Shown here piece by piece: positions 54,808-64,000 of a stretch of DNA of 64,000 nucleotides. The notes under the pieces are model-generated. The model made no database searches and was not told where the DNA came from. It worked only from the letters and a program-made list of their open reading frames with translations. The DNA lies in contig JAYTZT010000001.1 of assembly GCA_043741945.1 (NCBI GenBank), forward strand, positions 48,617-112,616, in the 5' to 3' direction. Every line of letters starts with the position of its first letter. Within the stretch, counting starts at the first letter, position 1. The position numbers were made by a program, and so were the translations under genes. Source of the DNA: Candidatus Altimarinota bacterium. Lineage in GTDB: Bacteria; Patescibacteriota; Gracilibacteria; BD1-5; UBA2023.

Positions 54808-55387
54808 CCTTTGATAGCTCCTTTGTAAAGGAGCTATCGCGAATAGGGAGTGAGGATTTTTCTGCGTCAAAATAATCCCTCTAAATAGAGAGATTATTTA
54901 ATTTTTCTGTAAATGTTTGTATTTGTCTAGCATGGTTCACTTTTTTTTGTACTATTTCAGATATCATCTGAGTAAGATTACTGTGTTGGGAAAGTAAACC
55001 CGCTAAAAATATATCTAATTTATCATGTCTCAATATTGCTTTTGGTTTGATACTAATAAACTATTCTTGGGGATATTTTTCTGTCATTCTTGACCAATAT
55101 TTAGTAAAATGAACATTATTTATTTAAGGATATTTTCTTAGTAATAAGTTTTTCATATCCGAATAAGATAAGTCCTTTGTGGATGAAGGTATTTTTGTAG
55201 AAGGATTCATAATAGAGGAATTATATTCTAAAGTCTTCTTACTTTAGTCTTCCTCTCTGATAAGTAAAATGTTTTTTCAATTAAATATATATTTGTCAAT
55301 AACTTCATAGTGTTTTCATTCTGTGAGATTTGAAAAATGAAGTTTTTTTTGTATAATCCAGCAGATTTTTTGTATTAACCAATTGTT

Positions 55388-58144
55388 ATGTTTTCTATTT
55401 TCACTGATATATTCGCAAATGCGTCTGAAAAACGGGTAAAATCCTATCGTCGCGAGCTTGAACAAGTCAAACAGATTGAAGTAGAGTATGCTACTACCAT
55501 CATTACAATAGACCAAGTTCAAGCAAAAACACATGAATTCCAGTCTCGTTTTACAGATCTTGATGTTCAGAATCCTACAGATCTCATAGAAATACGCAAA
55601 CGATTGGAAGAAACCAAATATGAGGCATTTGCACTGCATCGTAGAGCTTGTGAACTTATCTATGGTAAAGAATTTGACCTTGAGAATAATCACCAAATGA
55701 ATTGGAATATGATTCCCTACGATGTTCAGATTATTGGTGCCATGACACTGCATGATGGAAATATTTCCGAGATGCGAACTGGTGAAGGTAAAACTCTTGT
55801 AGCCACAATTGCTGCCTATCTCAATGCTCTCGTAGGAATACCAGTACACATAGTAACAGTAAATGACTACTTGGCTCGTCGTGATGCGTTAGAGATGGGA
55901 GTCATCTACAATACGCTCGGTCTCACCGTTGGTGTGGTTGCTCATGGACAGGGATTCGAGGACAAACAAATGGCATATGCATCAGATATTGTATATGCAA
56001 CGAACAACGAACTCGGATTCGATTATTTACGTGATAATATGGCGTCACGAGTTGATCGTAGAGCAATGGGAATAAGATGGTTCGCTATTATCGATGAGGT
56101 AGACTCGATCCTTGTAGATGAGGCTCGTACTCCACTTATCATCTCTGCTCCTGATGCAGAGGCAACAAATCAGTATGCACGATTTGCTGCTATGGCTCGA
56201 AACCTTATGAGTGAGACACACTACAAGATCGATGAGAAACAGAAGACTGCAACTCTCACAGAAGAGGGTATTGCAAAAATAGAGGAATATATTGGGGTCG
56301 ATAATATCTATGTGAGCCAACATTTCAATGATCTGCATCACATCGAGAATGCACTAAAAGCAAGTGCCGTATACAAGCGAGATGTGGATTATCTTATCCG
56401 TAATGACGAAGTGATGATTATTGATGAGCATACAGGGCGTGTACTTTCAGGTCGTCGATATTCAGATGGACTCCATCAGGCAATCGAAGCCAAAGAAGGA
56501 GTAACGGTACAACAAGAATCTCATACATTGGCATCAATAACGTTCCAAAACTATTTCCGACTCTATAAAAAACTCTCGGGAATGACCGGAACTGCCAAAA
56601 CTGAAGAAGAAGAATTCTACAAGATATACTCACTTGAGGTCATCCAGATACCCACCAATAAACCAATTATACGTATTGATCGAGGAGATCTTTTATTTCG
56701 TAGTGAGAAAGGGAAATTTGACTATATTGTTCGTCTCATCGAGACTCTTCATGAGAAGTGACAACCCATTCTGGTCGGTACGGTCTCAGTAGCAAAGAGT
56801 GAATATCTATCAGATCTCCTCACTACAAGATGAATTCCACATAATGTATTGAATGCAAAACAAGATTCTAGAGAAGCAGAAATAATACAGACCGCTGGAG
56901 AGTATGGGGCTATCACAATAGCAACAAATATGGCATGACGCGGAACTGATATCAAGATTGATGATCGGGTACGCACACTCACAGGAGTCGTAAAAATCGA
57001 TGGAGCAGCAGGAGCACAAGAATATGCTCTTGGAGGACTATTTGTTATTGGTACTGAGAAACATGAAACGCGTCGTATCGATAATCAACTCCGTGGACGC
57101 TCAGGCCGACAGGGTGATCCTGGACTTTCTCAGTTTATGATATCTCCCCAGGATGATATTATGCGTATTTTTGGAGGAAATCGTTTATTCTCTATCCTAG
57201 CGAGTTTTGAGTCACATCCAGAACATGATCCATTGATCGAGTCCAAAGCTTTGATGAGAAATATTACCACTATTCAGAAACAAGTTGAAGGCCGTAATTT
57301 CGATATACGCAAGCATATTCTCGAGTATGATGATGTACTCAACCAGCATCGACTTGCTATCTATGCCCGACGCAATCGTATCCTCGAATGAGGTGATATC
57401 CATAGCGAGGTAGTTGAGATGATCGAAAGTGAAGCAGAACGACTCGTGGGACTCGCCAATATTGAGCCAAAATTATCTGGACTAAATCCTGAGAGCCTTA
57501 TGATAATAGCTCATGAAGTCAATGAGTTCAGTGAGTCTGATATAGCCGCTGTATGAGACTATGATAGTGCTACAGATACAAATACGCTCATCGATACCAC
57601 GAAAATGATCCTTGCAGGAAAGATAGAAATATTACGAAATAGTGGAACTGAAGAACAGTTCGCTGAGTTCGAGCGACGCCTCACTCTTGCAGGTATCGAT
57701 GAACTCTGGATGCAACATATTGATCGTATGGCTCATCTTAGAGAAGAAGTAGCATTTGAGGGATATGCCCAAAAAAATCCGCTTATAGTCTATAAAGAAC
57801 GAGCATATGATCACTTTGTAACAATGATCCATACTATCGAACACCGAGTAGTAAAATGACTCCTGACGGCACGAGCAGCTGAATCAATTGATACAGTGAA
57901 TCTAGAAGAAACTCTTCTAACAAGCTACTTAGAAAATGCCGAAGCAACACATGCTGAGAGCGCGAGTGCCTGAGATGGAGTATCTATAGCAATATCAATG
58001 ATGCACCCACAGCATAAAACACCCATTAGGCAGATTCGAGCTGATGATACTATACAAAAAGCTACTTCCCTACCAGTTGTTGGACGTAATGATCCCTGTC
58101 CCTGTGGGAGTGGCAAAAAATATAAACAATGTCATGGAACTTAG
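55388..58144 (+). CDS. secA: preprotein translocase ATPase SecA
   Basis: [54 protein letters not shown](TGA 56936..56938)-[23 protein letters not shown]-terminal Zn motif [14 protein letters not shown]. Confidence 0.97.
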
Positions 58145-58271
58145 ACTTACCATTAGTATACTTTGTATAAGATTTTTTGTATAATTACCATCTACCAAAA
58201 AAATAATCTTTACTAAATGTAGAAATTATAATCCGAAACTTCCCATAATCTAATTTCTAAGCTTCTTCTCT

Positions 58272-59081
58272 ATGTCTCATTCAGAATCATCCTTTATAGA
58301 AACTGATCTGCAAAAAGTTAATTCTACATTCTCTGACTTCACCAATTTTTTGAGAGACTTTGCCATAATTCTTATTATTGTATTTTTTATTCGGAGTTTT
58401 GTAGTTACACCATTTCAGATTAATGGACAATCTATGGAAGCAAGTTATCATGATAAAGAATTCATACTTGTAGACAAATTCTCCTATCTCAATTTTTCCC
58501 AAGACATGGGTGATCCAGCTGATGGTCCTGGATGGACATTTCTCACTAACTTATGGCAACAGATTCCCATACATATCTGAGATCCTGTGCGAGGAGATGT
58601 TGTTGTAATAAAGCCACATGTCGATAAAACTCGAGAACATTATATAAAAAGAGTAATAGGTCTTCCTGGAGATACTATTAGATTTGAGAGTGGGTCAGTA
58701 CTACTCAAAGTTAGTGGAAGTAATACATTCGTGACCCTCCAAGAACCATACCTCTCTGCCTCTAACAGAGGACATACTTATCTTCGAGATTATATCGAAG
58801 AGAATCAATTCATCGTTCCTGCTGATTCATATTGGGTTATGGGGGATAATCGTCAAAATTCTGCAGATAGTAGACAGTGTTTCAAGGATTGCTTTGGTGT
58901 GGGAACAAATGCTCATTTTATTAAAAGATCCAATGTCATTGGACGTGTACTCCTTAATTTTGGATATTTTAACATATTCAGTGATGGTGGATTATTCAAA
59001 ACAGGCAAATTTCAATGGACAGAGCCACCACGATTCCTGTCTCATCCTCGCAATGCCACTTATCCCCAACTTGATAAATAG
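58272..59081 (+). CDS. lepB: signal peptidase I
   Basis: INGQSME (catalytic Ser), YIKRVIGLPGD (catalytic Lys), YWVMGDNRQNSADSR. 1 TGA. Confidence 0.9.
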
Positions 59082-59084
59082 AGT

Positions 59085-59933
59085 ATGTTCTATCTTATCA
59101 ACAAGCCTTCTGGATTTACTAGCTTTGATGTTATACGCAAACTCCGTAAGATAACTGGTATAAAAAAAATGGGGCATACCGGTACACTTGATCCTCTCGC
59201 TACAGGTTGTCTCCTTATCGCCACAGATAATAGTACCAAGCTGATATCCAGACTTGAGATGGATACAAAAACATATCTCTTTACCGTGGATATGGGTTTA
59301 ACAAGCCCCTCACTTGATCTTGAATGAGAGGTTGAAAGTGTTAGTATCCTTAGTATGATAAGTCATACTAACAATGATTTAGTAGAATTTTTGGGGAATC
59401 AAAGGATGCAATTGCCTCCAAAGTATTCTGCAATCCATATCTGAGGCAAGCGAGCCTATGATCTCATACGAAAATGAAAACAATTTGAAATACCTGAGCG
59501 ACCGATATGTGTCACGAATGTAGAGATAGTAGAAAAAACTCTACCAAAAATCACAATCAGACTCACACTTTCAGCGGGTTGATATGTACGTTCTTTTGCA
59601 CCTATTATTGCTAATTTTTATGGTATAGTTGGAGGTGGCTGTATAACCAGTCTTCATAGAGAAAAAGTATGAAATATCGATCTTAGCGCAGCAATGGGAT
59701 TTGAAGATTTCAATACAGAACGCTCCATCCCCTATGAGGATCTGCTCACTAACCACCATATATATTATCTGGATATTATTTATCAAAAATCTCTTATAGA
59801 TGGACTGATAGTCGATGTCGGTACAATCAAGGAACGATCATCATGAGCCGAAATACTGGTCTATTGTGGCAATATATATTCTCTTGCACACTGGGTAAGT
59901 GGCGGGATAGAGGTGATTCGAAACTACGTCTAA
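59085..59933 (+). CDS. truB: tRNA pseudouridine(55) synthase
   Basis: LINKPSGFTSFDV, KMGHTGTLDPLATG (catalytic Asp), QLPPKYSAIHIGGKRAYD. About 6 TGA. TAA 59931..59933. Confidence 0.9.
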
Positions 59934-60000
59934 CAAAATCACACAAAACTCGCAGAACTGGACTTGCTTTTTCTCTATTCTCCTGTATTCTTGCATTGTT

Positions 60001-60481
60001 ATGTTTTTACTACGTTTTCTGTGCATCCTAGTATCTCTACTGCTCATACATGTGGGGGATCAATCTTTTGCTGCGTCTACAGGATTGATAGCTACATCCG
60101 GTAGCGTCAGTATTCTCAAATCACGGGATATGGAAAAATCAGAACCAGAACAAAAAAATACAGATGAAAACACTGATACTAATACTGAAGAGAAAAAAGT
60201 AGAAGATAAGAAAAAAGAACAAATTATCTGAAAACTTACAGTTGAAACATTTAAGCTTCAGGGAAATAAGATACTTAAAGATATAGATGTCAGTGTAGAG
60301 AGGGTATATCCAGATCCAAAAATACGAATAGAAATTTACACCAGTATTCAGAAAACATTAGAATTTCGCAAGCAAAAGCTCGAAAAATCAGAATTTAGTA
60401 CTGAGGCTAAGTATATTTTCAAAACATATCTAGAGTATATGATAGCTGCTATAGAAAAAAGAAAAAAAAATCTCGAGTAAC
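60001..60481 (+). CDS. hypothetical secreted protein with an apparent frameshift near 60418..60421
   Basis: Signal peptide MFLLRFLCILVSLLLIHVGDQSFA, then an acidic/Lys-rich middle. The frame-1 reading ..STEAKYIF runs through the terminator. The reading KTYLEYMIAAIEKRKKNLE-TAA (60479..60481) stops inside the hairpin ATCTCGA-GTAACA-TCGAGAT plus T-run, but it is one base out of frame. Confidence 0.4.
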
Positions 60482-60649
60482 ATCGAGATTTTTTAGTATA
60501 TACTAATTCTATAATAAACATGCCACACTGGTAAATATATATCTTTGTAGCTTATTCATTGGCATATTGAAAATAAATTCACTTGCCTTTTATGAGAGCT
60601 TCAATACACTTTTCATATGTTTTCAACCTAATCCTTTAGTGTTTATCTT

Positions 60650-61801
60650 ATGCCAAGCGAACTCATCTTGTGGATCAAGAAGATCCTAATATTGATAGCG
60701 ATACTCATCATTGGATACATCCTCTACAAAATAGAATCACTTCTAGTAATTATTCTTATTTCAGGATTTATTACCGTACTCATAACACCGCTTATTGAGC
60801 TGATGCAGAAGCGAGGAATACATCCAAGTGTGACGATAATATGACTCTATCTCATCGTCATGATTATCGGATCAATAGTAATAGGTACAGTAATACCAAT
60901 TATCATCACATATGTCACCGATACCGTGACGACTGTAGTAGCATGGGCAAATGACGCACAATCGATATATGCACAAAAATGAATCAGTGGATTTGGTCTC
61001 AATCCATATATAGAAAGATCTATACTATTTCTTTTTAATGAGAAGAATATTGATCAGACACTCTCATTTATTAGAGATAATGCGGGAAGTATTCAATCAG
61101 TTATTACTACTCAACTTGGATCCCTCACGAGTGGTGGATTTTGGATCATATCAAGTGTGGGTTGAGTTTTTTTGAACTGGGTACTCATTGCTGTGATGAC
61201 TTTCTCGATGGTTATAGAACGCCACCAGATTGGAAAATTTATACTTGAAATATTACCTGATCAGATCGAAGTATATCTTAGAAGACATTATGGAGAAATC
61301 CAACAAACCCTCAATGCTTGGATCAAGGCGATGCTCATACTCTCTATGAGTATATTTTTTATCACCTATATATCATTGACTATTATAGAGTTTATATTTG
61401 GTTTTAGTACGGGTCGAACATTTACACTCGCACTTATCAGTGGAGTTATGGAATTCATACCATATGTATGACCTATTCTCTCTCTGATTCCGGCACTGAT
61501 TATTGGTGCAGGAATATCCTGGAAAGTAGCACTCGCCATCACAATTCTCTACTTGATAATACAACAGATAGAGAATAACATCTTAGTACCATATGTAATG
61601 AGTCATTCTCTGGATCTCTCACCATTTCTCGTGTTCGTAGTTATGATTGCAGGAGCAACACTTTGAGGAATTCTAGGAGTTCTTCTCGCAGTTCCTTGTG
61701 CCGCAATCTGACGTGTAATATATATGAACTATCGTAAACGAGAAATCAAAACACGTACTGTGGAATCAGTGAAAATACCATCAAAGAGTAAAAAAATATA
61801 A
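60650..61801 (+). CDS. AI-2E family transporter (PerM/UPF0118)
   Basis: Eight hydrophobic segments. GVMEFIPYVGPIL and QQIENNILVPYVM signatures. About 7 TGA. TAA 61799..61801. Confidence 0.85.
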
Positions 61802-62491
61802 AATATATGACAAAAAATCAAGACAATTATTAAGCACTTTTGTACATATGTTGATGCTACAAAAACCAGTGAATTATTGGAGTTAAATCCCAATACAATA
61901 GATAGATATTTTGGTATCTTCAGAGAAATAATCTATGAAAATAGAATGAATGCTTTCAAAGAAAAAATAGGCTGAGAAATAGAAGTCGATGAAAGCTACT
62001 TCTGAGCCAAGAGAAAAAGATGATTTGCTGGTAAACTCAAACGATGAAGATGAACATTGAAACAACCAGTATTCTGACTTATAAAAAGAAAGAACGAATC
62101 AGGACGAGTAGAAATCTATACAGAGATTATTCCAAACTGTAAAGCAGATACACTAAGACCTATAATACGTGGTAAGGTGAACTTTGATGAGTCTATTTTG
62201 TATTCTGATGGTTGGAGATGATACAATGGATTGGTTGATGTAGCAAGTGAACGACACTTTCGAGTGAATCATGGGGATCATGAGTTCTCGAAAGGATCAG
62301 GAACAGGGATTCATATAAATTGAATCGAGAACTTCTGGAGCTTTACGAAAAGAAGACTCAATAAGTTTAATGGCACGAAAGTAAACTTTCCTCTTCACCT
62401 AAAAGAGTGTGAATGGCGATACACCAAAGAAACAGTTGAACTTGAAAAAGAACTCACTATAATGATCAAAACTTTTTACAAAAAACCCTAG
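61802..62491 (+). mobile_element. IS1595-family (ISXO2/IS1016-like) DDE transposase ORF, with no in-frame start and no terminal repeats seen
   Basis: GEIEVDESYFGAKRKRG..GRG..KQPVFGLIKR, ILYSDGWRGYNGL, HFRVNHGDHEF, IHINGIENFWSFTKRRLNKFNG, LHLKECEWRY. The frame opens directly after the AI-2E stop. The only nearby ATG (61807) is one base out of frame, before an A6 run. Confidence 0.75.
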
Positions 62492-63044
62492 AAAATCTTA
62501 ATTTTATTAAAATATTCTAGGCAAGAGCCAATATAATTATATGAGAACAACTATTCACTCTAAATTTTTCTATTTCTTCTTATTTCATTCAATACTGAAG
62601 GAAAGATTTATATAGTTTGGATAATTATTTGGAATATATGCACCTCTCCTTCAGATATCACTGAATGAGTTTTTTATTTTATTAATTCTAGAAATATGCA
62701 TACGATGACTCGCACTAAATGCATACCAAAAAAAATTCTCCTCTGGAAGAGCACTTAGTTATCTTAAAAAAAACAGATTTCTTCTGAGTTGCGTCCTTTA
62801 ATAGAAGGTCTAACTACTGAACAAATTGTAGCTATAAATAATGTCTGTATGCTCAAATTCTCAGTAGAAGTCCTGCGACCTTGAATCGAATAGAATGAAT
62901 AATCGAAGGAGTACTGATAAAAGAGTTAAAATAGCGGATTAGAAATAAAATTAATACATTAAAAAAGGAAAGAGTAACCTATTCTGATATAGTAGGAGAG
63001 CGACTAATAACCTATCTGGGATTAGTTAAAACAGGCTTCCATTT

Positions 63045-64000
63045 CTAGAACATTACTTGAGATTGGATTTCCATGAGTATCCTTTCGATAACCTTTCGAT
63101 CATTCCACTTTATACTTCATTTCTGAGTTACTTGTATTGTCTCAGCCCCCTTCCCTGCCACGATGAGCACATCACCAGGTGTGAGCATTATCAGAGCAGT
63201 ACGAATCGCATCTTCCCGAGAAGGTATTATCCAAAAACTCTCACCCTCACGACGTGATATCCCTTCACTTACATTTCGAATAATACGAATCGAATCCTCA
63301 GTGTACGTATCATCATCAGTCAAAATCATAACATCTGAGAGATCATCTACAACCTTACCCATTTTGGGACGCTTGCCACGATCTCTATCTCCTGTAGCCC
63401 CAAAAACAGTAATAATTCTTTTAGTCGATGGTATCTGACGGATAGTCTCGAGTACACTACGAAGCGAATCCTCAGTATGGGCATAATCTACATAGATTTT
63501 AGCCCCTAATGAATTGGTAACCTCCTCCAATCGTCCTGGAACACAGGCAAATTCGGCAATAAGAGATTGTATGTTAGCAATATCGATCTTTTGTGACATC
63601 AAAATAGCAACCGCACAAAGAATATTTGATATATTAAAGTTACCAGGGAGTCGAGAGGTCAGATGAAATACATTTGAGGGAATACGAACATCAAATTCTG
63701 TAGTGAGCTCAGTATTAGTAACATTCTCAGCTCGGATCTGGGCTGATGGAGAAAAACCAACAGTATAGAGATTGTCCACAACAATATCTTTTGAAAGAAA
63801 TCGATCAGAATATTCACTATCAATATTGACTACACCAACCTTTCTGACACCTTTTTTAATACCATTTTTATACAAGTTACGAAAAAGTTGTGTCTTAACT
63901 TCGACATATTTATCCATTGTTTTATGTAGATCCAAATGGTCTTGACCAATATTTGTGAGCACTGCTGCATCATACCTGAGACCGTGAACACGGTGGTAGA
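63045..64000 (-). CDS. murE: UDP-N-acetylmuramoyl-L-alanyl-D-glutamate--2,6-diaminopimelate (or L-Lys) ligase, 5' end outside the window
   Basis: AAVLTNIGQDHLDLH, NIDSEYS, VDYAHTEDSL, TVFGATGDRDRGKRPKMG, ILTDDDTYTED, IVAGKGAETIQ. ORF 63117..63962 extends through TGA to TAG 63045..63047. Confidence 0.9.

Noticed and set aside
1-64000. Reading the many TGA-interrupted conserved genes as pseudogenes or as a frameshift-ridden assembly
   Set aside because: The fragments of each gene always stay in the same frame. The TGA sits on conserved Gly positions, and no gene needs TGA as its terminator. Recoding explains everything at once.
1-64000. tRNA or rRNA genes
   Set aside because: Scanning the intergenic regions by eye found no cloverleaf with a GTTCRANTC-type T-arm other than the tmRNA, and no rRNA-like conserved blocks. 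A tRNAscan/Infernal run would be needed to be certain.

Overview
This 64-kb window comes from a low-GC, gene-dense bacterium that decodes UGA as glycine (translation table 25, i.e. Gracilibacteria/BD1-5 or Absconditabacteria/SR1 of the Candidate Phyla Radiation). The supplied standard-code ORF track breaks almost every conserved gene at TGA. The pieces stay in one frame and give continuous, alignable proteins when TGA is read as Gly (FtsZ, SecA, PilB, MurG, LigA, CysRS, ArgRS and others). Every re-joined gene ends in TAA or TAG. After re-joining I count about 55 protein genes and one tmRNA, and I recognise no tRNA, rRNA or CRISPR array. The content falls into four groups. (i) Cell-surface genes: two large secreted SLH/Ig/PKD proteins, with a 250-nt non-coding element present twice. 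(ii) Housekeeping blocks: cysS-argS, dprA-NUDIX-murG-ABC, miaB, ftsA-ftsZ, ligA, tig, secA-lepB-truB and a partial murE. (iii) A type IV pilus-like assembly cluster: pilB, pilC and two unknown membrane proteins. (iv) The stand-out is a light-response island of about 18 kb (18.8-37.5 kb). It holds four cryptochrome/photolyase-family genes, two DUF2256 zinc ribbons, a flavin-reductase-like protein, an SDR, a DUF1295 protein, a TspO-like protein and a DTE-motif (proton-pump type) rhodopsin. A type III R-M / DinD / R-M-remnant insertion splits it in the middle, and several genes in and next to it are decaying (in-frame TAG, frameshifts). All coordinates come from hand translation, so stops are more reliable than starts. 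No database search was possible, so family calls rest on remembered motifs.
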